A stretch of 64,000 nt of DNA from a virus, in the IMG/VR virus record IMGVR_UViG_3300037245_003639, one strand, 5' to 3'. Within the stretch, counting starts at the first letter, position 1; each line of letters begins with the position of its first letter. The position numbers and the translations under genes are program-made. Shown in pieces: positions 1-9,388 of this stretch. Under the pieces are notes generated by a model. That model was not told the DNA's origin, did no database searches, and saw nothing but the letters and a program-made list of their open reading frames with translations.

Positions 1-17
1 TTACGACTGGTTTCCAG

Positions 18-371
18 ATGACGGATGACGACGGCGACGATGGGTCTCAGGACGCGCCTGTGGCCATTACATCCACCGTGGGAGGCCAGCAGGTCACTCG
101 TCAATGCCAAGTCATGCCAAAGGAAGGTTCCATCAACATCCCTCGGCATCTGATCAAACAAGCGGGCTTCAACGCTGGCGATCAAATCGGCATTGCTTTG
201 GGCAACAGTATTCTTACCATCAAGAAGGGTGGTAACGATCAAAAGGTCGATAGCGAAGGCCGTATTCGCATTCATGGCCCGAATGCGTCAAATCTGGGAC
301 AACTAGGGCAGTCGGTTACAGCGTTGCTGGTTACCCCCACGGGTGAGGATGCCTTCATTCAGGTGCAATAA
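18..371 (+). CDS. Hypothetical protein with SpoVT/AbrB-like swapped-hairpin motif (putative DNA-binding regulator)
   Basis: Segment INIPRHLIKQAGFNAGDQIGIALGNSILTIKK resembles the AbrB/MazE-type swapped-hairpin barrel. N-terminus is acidic (MTDDDGDDG). Could be N-terminally incomplete at the window edge. Confidence 0.35.
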   Translation: MTDDDGDDGSQDAPVAITSTVGGQQVTRQCQVMPKEGSINIPRHLIKQAGFNAGDQIGIALGNSILTIKKGGNDQKVDSEGRIRIHGPNASNLGQLGQSVTALLVTPTGEDAFIQVQ

Positions 372-784
372 TGGATAGATGTCCCGAGTGCGATCATCGG
401 CTTCCGCCGCCGCGCCGCATGACTATAGGAGTATGGATGTCAAGCGCCATGCTTGTCATCTGCATCTGTATTCTCTGCACAGTCGTTTCGTATATGGCTG
501 GTCGCCACAATCTACAATTGGATTGGGAGCAAGAGACCCACAGCCTCAACATCGGTACAGCGGCTGCATCGTTTGCTGAGGGATATCAGTCGTCCGTGGT
601 TGCTGAAACTACATCCGTAAACGGACAGATTACGGAAACCACGCTCAGATTTTCCAGAATGGATGTCTTGGAGCTACTCTACGAATACGCCAAAGAGATC
701 AAAGCTCCGATGCCCTGGGAAGGCAAATCGGTATATCTGCATGACATACCCGCAGGCTTCGAGCTAAGATTCAAGGACAAGTAG
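371..784 (+). CDS. Hypothetical membrane protein
   Basis: ATGA overlap with the upstream ORF. N-terminal hydrophobic helix (MTIGVWMSSAMLVICICILCTVVSYMAG). Followed by a terminator hairpin. Confidence 0.4.
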   Translation: MDRCPECDHRLPPPRRMTIGVWMSSAMLVICICILCTVVSYMAGRHNLQLDWEQETHSLNIGTAAASFAEGYQSSVVAETTSVNGQITETTLRFSRMDVLELLYEYAKEIKAPMPWEGKSVYLHDIPAGFELRFKDK

Positions 785-801
785 ACCCTTCCTGCACGAG
801 A

Positions 802-838
802 TGGGGCGTCACCTTTACAGAGGTGGCGTCCCATTTTT
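802..838 (+). terminator. Rho-independent terminator
   Basis: 11-bp stem GGGGCGUCACC/GGUGGCGUCCC (two G-U wobbles), 8-nt loop, then AUUUUUUG. Confidence 0.5.
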
Positions 839-847
839 TGTGTATAA
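838..847 (+). promoter_or_regulatory. Extended -10 promoter (TGTGTATAAT)
   Basis: TGnTATAAT consensus ends 6 nt before the ATG at 854, which implies a leaderless or near-leaderless transcript. Confidence 0.35.
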
Positions 848-853
848 TGATAA

Positions 854-1555
854 ATGCGAAGAAACGTGTCACGAACTGGAATCGCCAGAAAGAACCGACA
901 AAATCGTTATGCGATCAAAAATTGGGTTGATACTCTTCCAGATGTTCCTGCCTTTATAATTGGGAATGCTGCCAGCGTCAATAATGTTGACCTTTCTGTA
1001 TTGGCTGATTATTTCACTATAGGCATCAACAGAACATTCTACGTCCTCGACACTACCATTCTACTCTGGCAAGACATAAGTCTATGGAATACAGAGTATC
1101 ATCGACTTCACCATACTCAAGCACTCAAAGTCTCCCGAGATTCAGCGGACCCAAGACGCATCTATTACAACTTCCACCTGAAAGGTGGAGGATACAGGTT
1201 CGACACAACCAAAACCCATATACTCTATGGGAGAGGAAGCAGTGGACCTTTAGGCGCCCAATTAGCTGTCTCCATGGGCTGCCGTCCCATTATCCTACTC
1301 GGAATGGACTGCCAACGCGGCCCCAAGGGCGAATCCGATTTCTACGGGAACAATCCTCATTGGTTACCCCATACCTTAGATAATTGTAAACTCGGATTGG
1401 AGTTTATGAAAAAGCATTGCCCTGTGGAAATTATCTCATGTTCCGACAATGAATATTGGGAACAACAATCACTCAAAGATGTTCTCAAGACCATTGATGA
1501 GAAGCATGCACGGGGTCGCCAGTCATACGTTAAGCAAATCCTGCGGGTCAAATAG
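854..1555 (+). CDS. DUF115/Maf-like, CstII (GT42)-like putative glycosyltransferase
   Basis: N-terminal FIIGNAASVNNVDLSVLADYFTIGINRTFY matches the IIAGNGPSL...CNQFYF motif of CstII-type sialyltransferases and DUF115. GSSGPLGAQLAVSMGCRPIILLGMD matches the second conserved block. Confidence 0.5.
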   Translation: MRRNVSRTGIARKNRQNRYAIKNWVDTLPDVPAFIIGNAASVNNVDLSVLADYFTIGINRTFYVLDTTILLWQDISLWNTEYHRLHHTQALKVSRDSADPRRIYYNFHLKGGGYRFDTTKTHILYGRGSSGPLGAQLAVSMGCRPIILLGMDCQRGPKGESDFYGNNPHWLPHTLDNCKLGLEFMKKHCPVEIISCSDNEYWEQQSLKDVLKTIDEKHARGRQSYVKQILRVK

Positions 1556-1558
1556 CCC

Positions 1559-1587
1559 TTGACAATCTAACCATTTTGTGATAAAAC
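1559..1587 (+). promoter_or_regulatory. Sigma70-like promoter TTGACAATCT-N-TAAAAC
   Basis: TTGACA at 1559-1564, exact 17-nt spacer, TAAAAC at 1582-1587. ATG at 1594. Member of a recurring motif family. Confidence 0.5.
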
Positions 1588-1593
1588 ACCGTT

Positions 1594-2229
1594 ATGGCCA
1601 AAGCAACGAAATCAGAGTCACGACCCGTGCAGACAGGGATGCTTGAGTCCATTTTGCTCAAATCGGATTTTCGCTGCTTCAAAGCAGGCGATACGTTTAG
1701 CTTCAAACCTGGAGTGAATCTGCTCGTTGGCGATCAAGGCACTGGTAAATCAACAATCATCTATTTGATCCGCGATTTTGCATCAAAACGCCCCACAGAA
1801 CAAGCCATCGAAGTCGTCGGTGATGCGATTGCTATGATGTCATTCGATTTCGAGACAGAGTTGCCCCGCAACCAATCCTACCTGGAAGACAGTGGTACTC
1901 GATTATATACTCAGCTTGCCATGAAATGGTCATCGCATGGAGAATGTGTGCAAGCCTTGTTGATGGTTTTAGAAGAACCAGAGCGAATAGTCCTATTCAT
2001 GATGGACGAACCCGACATGGCTCTATCAGTTCGTTCTTGCCATCATCTTGTCAAGTCGATGAAGGAAGCCGTTAAGCGAGGCTGTCAAATAATTGCAGCA
2101 GTCCATAATCCAATAATCATTAGCAGTTTTTCGAATGTTCTGAGCATCGAACATAACCGGTGGATGTCCAGTGAGAAATTTCTGGAATCCCAGAAAAAAC
2201 CTTTGCGTAAACGTAGAAGGAAATCATAA
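1594..2229 (+). CDS. Stand-alone ABC/SMC-type P-loop ATPase (AAA_21-like)
   Basis: Walker A GDQGTGKST. SMC/ABC-signature-like SSHGECVQ. Walker B LFMMDEPDMAL. Confidence 0.55.
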   Translation: MAKATKSESRPVQTGMLESILLKSDFRCFKAGDTFSFKPGVNLLVGDQGTGKSTIIYLIRDFASKRPTEQAIEVVGDAIAMMSFDFETELPRNQSYLEDSGTRLYTQLAMKWSSHGECVQALLMVLEEPERIVLFMMDEPDMALSVRSCHHLVKSMKEAVKRGCQIIAAVHNPIIISSFSNVLSIEHNRWMSSEKFLESQKKPLRKRRRKS

Positions 2230-4010
2230 TGCGAATCGTATTAGCTCAAATCAATCCCACTCTCGGCGATCTGCGTGGCAACCTTGCTCTTATTCAGCAA
2301 GAAACCACCTACGCTGCTCAAGAGAAAGCCGATGTAGTGGTCTTCCCCGAGTTGGCAACCGTGGGCTACCCACCCCGAGACCTGCTGTACGACGAAAAGC
2401 TATGGAAGAGCCACGAAACTGTAATCTCCAAATTGCACGAGTTCGTAAAATCTTTGGCCAGAGAAATCACCGTTATCGTTGGAGGGTTGCATCAGGTTGA
2501 ATTGAGCCATGGGCGATTCGCCCGTTACAACGCAGCTTTCATCATCGACAAAAACAGGAGGATTAGAGTTGTTCACAAGCGGCTGCTACCCTGTTATGAT
2601 GTATTCGACGAGACCCGCTATTTCACGCCCGCAACAGACGGGCCTTACCCCATCAATGGAATGGAGCATGAGGTGAATGTCTTGATTTGCGAGGATATTT
2701 GGAACTTCGGATCTCAAGAGAAAGCATCATGGATGTCTCCCTACAGTTACGATGTCGATCCTGTCTCCCAACTCAAAGGCGATGGGCCAATCGTCGTTTT
2801 GAATGCATCTCCCTACTGGTGGAGCAAAATCCAGACCACCCGTGACTTGTTGCAAAGCATTGCTGACAAAACTGAGAGAGTGGTACTATGGTGCAATCAG
2901 GTCGGAGCCCATGACGATATTGTCTTTGGCGGCTACAGTATGGTCGTCAGTCCTCGTAGCATTTTCAATGTGGGCCTCCAGGAGTATCAAGGCACCATCG
3001 GAATGGCCGCGCCTTTCTCTGATGCTCGCCTGTTTGTGGACATTGGGGATAACGACGAAGTTCGCGTTATGGGTGGCCTGGATATGAATAAGCATGGCGG
3101 GCAGTATAACCCCGTCGTTAGAGTTGGTTCAGAACGCAAGGCTGTCGCCCCCGAAGATCTGGAAACATATTTCCTGTTCGCTGCTTTGCAATTGGGGCTG
3201 CGAGATTACTGCCGCCGAACTGGCTTCGAACGCATCGTCTTTGGAGCTTCCGGCGGCATCGATTCTGCTGTAGTTGGAGCCATTGCAGCTATCACCCTTG
3301 GGGGAGAAAACTGCACAGCCATTACGATGCCATCCCCCTACTCTACTTCCAGTAGCTGGGAAGATGCTTTGGCCTTGGCCGAGAACTGCAAGATGCGTTT
3401 CATGCGGCAAGATATCACGTCTGTCTATCAGGTATTGAAAGAAACTGTACTTGCCCATGGCAAGCAGAAATTTAAGAACCCCGTAACCGATGAAAATCTT
3501 CAACCACGAGCCCGAGCCATCCTGTTGATGGCGGAATCTAACGACAACGGTTCGTTACTGTTGACCACAGGCAACAAAAGTGAGCTTGCTGTCGGTTACT
3601 GCACCATCTATGGCGACATGTGCGGTGGCTATTCTTTGCTACCCGACGTTCCCAAGACCTGGGTTTTTGCATTGGCGAAGTTCATCAACAAGTATTTCGG
3701 GAATCTGATTCCTGAGAATACCATCACAAAGCCGCCATCTGCGGAATTGAAGCATGACCAGAAAGATACGGATTCGCTTCCCCCATATGACGTACTTGAC
3801 CCGGTCATCGACCAATTCATGCGTCATGTTCCCATTGAGACAATCAAAGAAAGCACCCTACTCCAGGATTCCGAGGTAGAGCGCATTGCTCACCTTATTA
3901 GGATTTCAGAACATAAGCGCTCACAAGCCCCTATCGGGCCGAAAGTTACTGAACGAGCGTTCGGCAGCGGACGGCGGATTCCCATCGCGAAGAAAGTCAC
4001 CTACGTCTGA
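2229..4010 (+). CDS. nadE: Glutamine-dependent NAD+ synthetase (N-terminal nitrilase/CN-hydrolase domain plus NAD synthetase domain)
   Basis: N-terminal CN-hydrolase (VVVFPELATVGYP, LICEDIW). C-terminal PP-loop FGASGGIDSAVV with downstream conserved TTGNKSELAVGYCTIYGD. Confidence 0.9.
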   Translation: MRIVLAQINPTLGDLRGNLALIQQETTYAAQEKADVVVFPELATVGYPPRDLLYDEKLWKSHETVISKLHEFVKSLAREITVIVGGLHQVELSHGRFARYNAAFIIDKNRRIRVVHKRLLPCYDVFDETRYFTPATDGPYPINGMEHEVNVLICEDIWNFGSQEKASWMSPYSYDVDPVSQLKGDGPIVVLNASPYWWSKIQTTRDLLQSIADKTERVVLWCNQVGAHDDIVFGGYSMVVSPRSIFNVGLQEYQGTIGMAAPFSDARLFVDIGDNDEVRVMGGLDMNKHGGQYNPVVRVGSERKAVAPEDLETYFLFAALQLGLRDYCRRTGFERIVFGASGGIDSAVVGAIAAITLGGENCTAITMPSPYSTSSSWEDALALAENCKMRFMRQDITSVYQVLKETVLAHGKQKFKNPVTDENLQPRARAILLMAESNDNGSLLLTTGNKSELAVGYCTIYGDMCGGYSLLPDVPKTWVFALAKFINKYFGNLIPENTITKPPSAELKHDQKDTDSLPPYDVLDPVIDQFMRHVPIETIKESTLLQDSEVERIAHLIRISEHKRSQAPIGPKVTERAFGSGRRIPIAKKVTYV

Positions 4011-4297
4011 GGAGTTCTCGTATGAGTCTCGATGATTCGTATTGCAGACTGGCAGATCTACAAGAGGCCCTGAAAGGTTCAGTCGAACCCCAGACGGCTA
4101 ATCTGCTGATGCAAATAGCCGAATTAGAAGATACTATTGCCTGCGAAGAACATGACGCAGAGATGGATGGAGATAAGGAATGAATCCAGCCACCGTTGGG
4201 TTTGCTCTGGTTTGTGGGCATAGTGGTGTTTGTGGCTTTATGGTCTGGTTTGGAATTCCCAAGATATGAGACAGACGGGAATGTCATTCGATAAAAA

Positions 4298-5317
4298 TTG
4301 GAGATACAAGTGCGAAAACAATCTTTGTCGCGAGGATTGACAGTATTCGCAGGAAGCAGTTCACAACAACTGGCAACCAAAATTGCCAAATATCTTGATA
4401 TCCCTTTGGGCCGGGCCGACTTGACGCCTCATCGCAACGGTGAGAGCATGGTGAAGATTGACGATAATGTGCGTGGTCGGGACGTGTTTGTCGTTCAGTC
4501 TGTTTGCCGTCAATGGCTTCCAGCTAATGGCAACCCTTATACTGGCGTCAACGACGCTCTTGTGGAACTCTTCGTCTGGATTGATGCATTAGCCCGCGCC
4601 TCAGCGTGGCGAATTACCGCAGTCATTCCTACCTTTGGGTATGCTCGCCAAGATCGCAAGGCTACAGGCCGAACTCCTATCTCCGCGAAAATGGTGGCAA
4701 CCTGCCTTGAAGAGTTGGGTTGCAATCGGGTTCTCACGATAGACTTGCATGCAGACCAGATTCAGGGGTTCTTTGGTTACAAAACCAAACTCGATTCATT
4801 AAATACCGGTGAAATCGTCTGTCAGCATTTTGCGGAACTCGGTCTTGAAAATGCTGTGGTCCTGTCCCCTGATGTCGGCAACTTAAAGAAAGCCGACAAG
4901 TATCGACAAGGAATGCCTGCCAACGTAGAAATCGCTGTCATTGATAAACGGCGGGCTGCGGATGGGACTATACAATCTGTGCAGTTGATTGGAGATGTCA
5001 AAGGCAAAAGCGTTCTCATGTTGGATGACATTATCTCGACTGCCGGGACTATGTGCAATGCAATGAAAATTGCCCTGGAGCATGGAGCGAAAGAGTTCTT
5101 CATTTGCGCAACACATGGGGAGTTCGTTGGTAACGCCATCCAAGAGTTGCAAGGATACCCCATTGAGTCCATTTGTATCACTGACGCAATACCACCCGTT
5201 CCAGAGATGGATGCCCTTCCTATCAAAGTCTTGTCAGTCGCGGAACTCTTTGGCGAAGCAATCTTGCGAATTCACAAAGATGAATCAATCACCGAACTAC
5301 TTGGAAAGTTTAACTGA
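4298..5317 (+). CDS. prs: Ribose-phosphate pyrophosphokinase (PRPP synthetase) family; alternatively an ADPR-pyrophosphate synthetase (Adps-like)
   Basis: LTVFAGSSSQQLATKIAKYLDIPLG start, DLHADQIQGFF, and PRPP-binding loop VLMLDDIISTAGTM. Confidence 0.85.
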   Translation: MEIQVRKQSLSRGLTVFAGSSSQQLATKIAKYLDIPLGRADLTPHRNGESMVKIDDNVRGRDVFVVQSVCRQWLPANGNPYTGVNDALVELFVWIDALARASAWRITAVIPTFGYARQDRKATGRTPISAKMVATCLEELGCNRVLTIDLHADQIQGFFGYKTKLDSLNTGEIVCQHFAELGLENAVVLSPDVGNLKKADKYRQGMPANVEIAVIDKRRAADGTIQSVQLIGDVKGKSVLMLDDIISTAGTMCNAMKIALEHGAKEFFICATHGEFVGNAIQELQGYPIESICITDAIPPVPEMDALPIKVLSVAELFGEAILRIHKDESITELLGKFN

Positions 5318-5386
5318 GCCTTATAAGAAAGGGATCAAGTTGTAGTGGGAAGCAAACTGCAAAGAAAGTATGATCCACACAAAGGC

Positions 5387-5415
5387 TTGACAATCCCAGA
5401 GCAACCATGTACACT
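5387..5415 (+). promoter_or_regulatory. Sigma70-like promoter TTGACAATCC-N-TACACT
   Basis: TTGACA at 5387-5392, 17-nt spacer, TACACT at 5410-5415. RBS GAGGAG then ATG at 5457. Confidence 0.5.
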
Positions 5416-5456
5416 GTGGTTTGATACGAAACCTGGAATTGATTGAGGAGTAAACC

Positions 5457-6146
5457 ATGACAAACCTGAAACGCAGAAGTGTATGGGCCGTTGCGCTCGC
5501 GATGTTCGCATTGTTTGCTATCCCGGATGCGGTAGCGCAACGTCGAGGCGGCGGATCTCGTTCCCGTTCAACCCCCCGCCGCTCGACCCCGTCGAAGCCC
5601 AGGACGAAGGCAGCTCCCAAGAAGACCGCGACAAAGAAGACCACCACGGCCACGAAGGAAAAGGCCGGCTATGGCAAGAAAAGCACCAAAGCTTCATCGT
5701 CCAAGGGCTCCAAGGCCGACAAGGCCCTCTATGAGAAGGCCAAGCGAAACGGCACCAGCTACAAGACCCGGGGCGAAGCCACGTCGGCTTTCAAAACGAA
5801 GATGGCGAACCAAAAGCGAGCTGACGGCAATCCCATGTATAGCAGCAAGTATGTGGCTCAGCCCGGCACTCGTCCTGGCCATATCCCGCAGACCTATGGC
5901 GGCAATACCATCATCTACAACCAGCAATACGGCGGCTACGGCCATATGGGTGTTGGAGGGTGGATGATGTATAACGCCATGGCCGACGCCACTATGATGA
6001 GCATGATGATGCGGAACCAAGGCTACCACTATGGCGCTGCGCCCCGTTACGGCCCAGGGGTGGGGCTAATCACCTTGACAGTCGTCTGCGGGATTATCGC
6101 TGTCGTTGCAGTTGGCGTGGTAATCACCAGGAAAAGCACAGCATGA
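5457..6146 (+). CDS. Secreted, membrane-anchored Lys/Thr-rich protein (signal peptide plus C-terminal TM)
   Basis: Signal peptide MTNLKRRSVWAVALAMFALFAIPDAVAQ. Lys/Thr/Ser-rich low-complexity region, Met/Gly-rich segment, C-terminal TM VGLITLTVVCGIIAVVAVGVVI. High-GC codon usage. Confidence 0.5.
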   Translation: MTNLKRRSVWAVALAMFALFAIPDAVAQRRGGGSRSRSTPRRSTPSKPRTKAAPKKTATKKTTTATKEKAGYGKKSTKASSSKGSKADKALYEKAKRNGTSYKTRGEATSAFKTKMANQKRADGNPMYSSKYVAQPGTRPGHIPQTYGGNTIIYNQQYGGYGHMGVGGWMMYNAMADATMMSMMMRNQGYHYGAAPRYGPGVGLITLTVVCGIIAVVAVGVVITRKSTA

Positions 6147-6922
6147 ACCTAAAAGACCCTGACTTCTGGCTCCAACTAAAGCCTCAGAGTGCCATCACGC
6201 TGAAAGACGAGAAGTCTTTGCTCAAAGACATGAGCGGCGTGGAAACCCTGGTTAAACGCATTATCAAGCTTCCTGAATGTGAGGGTCTCTGTACATGGTT
6301 GTTGCTGGAGCTTGAGGAAGCTACGGACAAAGCCACGCAATGGCTGATGGTCAAAATCGTGGGAGACGAAATCGACTTCCGCATCTACCATCTCCCCGCC
6401 AAGTTCGAACGTGGCAACCGCGATGATCTCGTTTTCGGTGGTGAAAACGAAGGCCACTGGGTTTTCCAAGAGCCCGAAGTCGAAGACGATGGTGAAGAGA
6501 TGACCCCGCAGGAAATCTTCGGGGATGACGAAGACGAGCAAACCTTCGAGGGTTCGGATGAAGAGCAGGGCATTATTCTTAACGATCTGGTCTATGCCGA
6601 CGAATTCGACTGGGATGGAGAGACTTATCGCAAGAAGGCCCAAGGCGACTTTGCCTGTGGTGACTTTGGTGTCTTTACTATAAAGGACGGCGACAGCGTA
6701 GGCATCGGCTCCCCTCCAATCGTGGAAACCCCGAAACCATCGGGTATCGACTATAACCAACTGGCTACGCTGGCCGAATACGTTGCGGACAGCGACAAGG
6801 CCAAAGAACCCGAAGCGGTGGTGTTTGAAATCGGAGATGCGGACGATGACAACGGCGGGCTCGTTAGCCTGATGATTGGTCATTCGCTCGCTGTAACTGA
6901 CCTGGATATACTCGCAAAGTAA
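6143..6922 (+). CDS. Hypothetical acidic protein
   Basis: ATGA overlap with the upstream stop. Asp/Glu-rich. The antisense 309-aa ORF is rejected. Confidence 0.5.
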   Translation: MNLKDPDFWLQLKPQSAITLKDEKSLLKDMSGVETLVKRIIKLPECEGLCTWLLLELEEATDKATQWLMVKIVGDEIDFRIYHLPAKFERGNRDDLVFGGENEGHWVFQEPEVEDDGEEMTPQEIFGDDEDEQTFEGSDEEQGIILNDLVYADEFDWDGETYRKKAQGDFACGDFGVFTIKDGDSVGIGSPPIVETPKPSGIDYNQLATLAEYVADSDKAKEPEAVVFEIGDADDDNGGLVSLMIGHSLAVTDLDILAK

Positions 6923-6935
6923 GGGAGAACAACGA

Positions 6936-7397
6936 ATGGACGCAACAGCGGAAGCGACAAAAATCGGCACGCTTGATGAATTGCAAGCGGCCTTGTCAGA
7001 ACTCGGGTATGAATGCAACCGAGTGGACATGGATGGAGATGGCACCCCAGAGCCGTTGCTGACTGCGGTCATCAACGTGGATGACAAGTCGTACTCCATC
7101 GTCATCTCGCAAGAAGAGCATCATTTCCTGGTGGACTGCGAGTTCTGCCAACTCAAGGATTTGTCCGACGACAACGCTGAGAAGATGACGGCTCAATTGT
7201 TGGCCGTTTTGGCTCTGAACCATGACATCGCCCCATTCGCGTTTGCCGTCGTGGACAGCGGACTCGACGGCATCGATCCAACAGATCCGATTGTCCTCGT
7301 TCACCGCCTGCCGATTGGCGATCTGAGCGTGGAGGAAGTAAATCAGGCATTCGCATCGCTACGGCAAGGCATCAACGCTGCTGTGGTGTCGATTTAG
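6936..7397 (+). CDS. Hypothetical protein
   Basis: RBS GGGAGAA 8 nt upstream. Acidic. Confidence 0.45.
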   Translation: MDATAEATKIGTLDELQAALSELGYECNRVDMDGDGTPEPLLTAVINVDDKSYSIVISQEEHHFLVDCEFCQLKDLSDDNAEKMTAQLLAVLALNHDIAPFAFAVVDSGLDGIDPTDPIVLVHRLPIGDLSVEEVNQAFASLRQGINAAVVSI

Positions 7398-7423
7398 GCC
7401 AAAAGCCAGAGAGGAGATAAATC

Positions 7424-8098
7424 ATGAGCATTTGGAATAACGTCAAAAACATGTTCCGCGAGAAAGCGGAAAAGATAGAAGCCGCAACGGCTGACCATGT
7501 GCGAGACGGCAAATTCGCCATCAAAGACGCCGAGGCGGAAGAGATCAGATTCCGTGCGAGCGTCCGCGATGTAGTGGCGGATCTCAAACAGATGGAAACC
7601 CGACTCACCACGATACAGGCCGACCGCAAGAAGTACGACGGTCTGGCCAAGAAGTTCGCAGCAGCGGTGGAAGATGGTGACAAAGACCAGATGACAAATC
7701 TGGAAACTGCCGCCGGTAAAGTCGATGCGCTCGACGCTGAGATCACCGCTACAAAGAAATCGCTCGATGGGCTGCGGAACAGTCGGCAGCAGTTGCAGGT
7801 TGAACTCGATAAGGTCCGCAATAAAATTGCCAGGGCGAAGCAGACCTACTCGGTCAATGCGGCTCGCATCAAAGCGGCCAAGATCAAAGATACGCTCAAC
7901 CAATCCAAAGCGAGAGTGGCAGCGGGCGTCTCGGGCTTAGGTGCTCTGGACGATATGTCCGCTGCGGCAGACCGCATGGAAGCCGAGGCCGAAGCAACCG
8001 AAGAACTTGCCGGTCCGGCGGCTGATATTGAGAGCTTGGAGGAAGCCGCTGACGCCATTGGCGGAAGCAGTGCGGCTGACAGATACCTCAAGGGATAG
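7424..8098 (+). CDS. pspA: PspA/IM30 (phage-shock protein A / Vipp1) family protein
   Basis: Start MSIWNNVKNMFREKAEKIEAATADHVRDG..IKDAEAEEIR, then a long heptad coiled coil with the same architecture as PspA ([25 protein letters not shown]...). RBS GAGGAG. Confidence 0.6.
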   Translation: MSIWNNVKNMFREKAEKIEAATADHVRDGKFAIKDAEAEEIRFRASVRDVVADLKQMETRLTTIQADRKKYDGLAKKFAAAVEDGDKDQMTNLETAAGKVDALDAEITATKKSLDGLRNSRQQLQVELDKVRNKIARAKQTYSVNAARIKAAKIKDTLNQSKARVAAGVSGLGALDDMSAAADRMEAEAEATEELAGPAADIESLEEAADAIGGSSAADRYLKG

Positions 8099-8123
8099 CC
8101 CTCCTTTTTCTGCACCATGCCCC

Positions 8124-8160
8124 GAGCGGCGAGCCCGTCAAACGGCTCGTCGCTTTTTTA
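8124..8160 (+). terminator. Rho-independent terminator
   Basis: Imperfect GC-rich stem AGCGGCGAGCCCG/CGGCUCGUCGC followed by UUUUUUA. Immediately followed by a promoter. Confidence 0.45.
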
Positions 8161-8189
8161 TTGACAATCTCGTGTCTTTCTGATAAAGT
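8161..8189 (+). promoter_or_regulatory. Sigma70-like promoter TTGACAATCT-N-TAAAGT
   Basis: TTGACA at 8161-8166, 17-nt spacer, TAAAGT at 8184-8189. GGAGG RBS and ATG at 8206. Confidence 0.5.
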
Positions 8190-8205
8190 GACCACGGAGG
8201 TTGTT

Positions 8206-9297
8206 ATGAGATACTGGCTTTTGACATTGCTACTGGTCCCAGGTGCTTTCGCCCAAGAGCCACCTAATCCCCCGATTGAACAGGGCTCCGAGAACTACAT
8301 CCGCGTGGACTGTGCCAACTTCCCGCAGATAGTCAACAAGGATTCCGCCAACTACACCGGGTTTCTTATTGACGTTTGGGAAGCTGTGGCTTTACGGCAG
8401 GACTGGCAATTCATCTACCACGAAGCCCCCAGAACAACTGAACCGGGAGCCGATCACTACGACGCTCCCTTCAAGAGACTGGAAACAGGAGAAGCGGATA
8501 TCCTGCTTGCAGCTTGCACAAAAACCGCGGCGAGAGAAGAAAGGATTGACTTCTCTGATCAATACTATCGCTCTGGTTTACGCATCGTCACCAACAAACA
8601 GGAGGCCCCATGGTATCTTTTCCTGACGGGCTTCCTCTCACCGAGTATTATCAAAGCATTCGTTATTCTGACCTGTCTGCTTACCGTGGGCGGGTTCTTC
8701 ATGTGGATATTCGATCGCCGACATGCCGACAGCGAGGTCAAGACTTTTGAACTCGGATGCCAATTGGCCTTCGAGACTGGCTCCACCATTGGGCATGGTT
8801 TCCTGCACCCTAAAAGTCGCGGAGCCAGATGGACGGGCTATCTCATATTCCTTACGGGTTGCATCTGTTTCAGCAACCTTATCTCCGAGATGACTGCGGA
8901 GAAGACCCTGGACCGCATGGATGGGGCCATTACAGGCCCGTCAGACCTCGCTGGCAAGACTGTAGCGACCGTGGCAGGGACAACTGCCTCCGACACTTTG
9001 GATAAACTGGGAGCAATCGTCCCCCAATGTGCAAAACTTGGCGATGCATTGCTCAAACTACTCATCGGTGAGGCCGATGCCGTAGTCTACGACTGGCCAG
9101 CCCTGGCTTACTACCTGAATGAAACGTCCGCAGGAGAACGTTGTGAAGCGGTCGGGCCATTGTTTGACATTCAATACTATGGGGTAGCTTTCCCCGAGGG
9201 TTCTCCTCTCCGCGAACAGTTTAACGTTGGACTCAACCTTCTACGAGAATCCGGTGAATACGAACAAATTTACAAGAAATGGTTTCCCAAAAGCTAG
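8206..9297 (+). CDS. GluR0-like ligand-gated ion channel: periplasmic binding-protein lobes S1/S2 interrupted by M1-pore loop-M2
   Basis: Signal peptide MRYWLLTLLLVPGAFAQ. PBP type-3 lobe 1 (RIDFSDQYYRSGLRIV). TM1 IIKAFVILTCLLTVGGFFMWIF. Re-entrant segment ELGCQLAFETGSTIGHGF, resembling a K-channel pore helix plus TxGYG filter. TM2 YLIFLTGCICFSNLISEMTA. PBP lobe 2 (GKTVATVAGTTASDTL...AVVYDWPALAYY). Confidence 0.6.
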   Translation: MRYWLLTLLLVPGAFAQEPPNPPIEQGSENYIRVDCANFPQIVNKDSANYTGFLIDVWEAVALRQDWQFIYHEAPRTTEPGADHYDAPFKRLETGEADILLAACTKTAAREERIDFSDQYYRSGLRIVTNKQEAPWYLFLTGFLSPSIIKAFVILTCLLTVGGFFMWIFDRRHADSEVKTFELGCQLAFETGSTIGHGFLHPKSRGARWTGYLIFLTGCICFSNLISEMTAEKTLDRMDGAITGPSDLAGKTVATVAGTTASDTLDKLGAIVPQCAKLGDALLKLLIGEADAVVYDWPALAYYLNETSAGERCEAVGPLFDIQYYGVAFPEGSPLREQFNVGLNLLRESGEYEQIYKKWFPKS

Positions 9298-9315
9298 CAA
9301 ATTCAACGAATCTGT

Positions 9316-9344
9316 TTGACAGACGCTGTGGCATTTGGTAGATT
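9316..9344 (+). promoter_or_regulatory. Sigma70-like promoter TTGACA-N-TAGATT
   Basis: TTGACA at 9316-9321, 17-nt spacer, TAGATT at 9339-9344. Confidence 0.45.
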
Positions 9345-9388
9345 ACCGACGAGCAACACGATCAAAGTCCTATGAACATGGAGATGAG

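Noticed and set aside
2171-2500. 109-aa + strand ORF overlapping the ATPase/nadE junction
   Set aside because: It lies in an alternate frame inside two well-supported genes. No RBS.
6176-7105. 309-aa minus-strand ORF (plus nested ORFs 6184-6384 and 6385-6573)
   Set aside because: It overlaps two + strand ORFs that have proper RBSs and ATGA coupling within a uniformly + strand operon. Its composition is typical of a shadow ORF in a GC-rich region.
7372-7903. Minus-strand ORFs of 149 and 169 aa antisense to the PspA homolog
   Set aside because: Shadow ORFs in GC-rich coding sequence. The PspA homolog on the + strand has a strong RBS and a recognisable fold.
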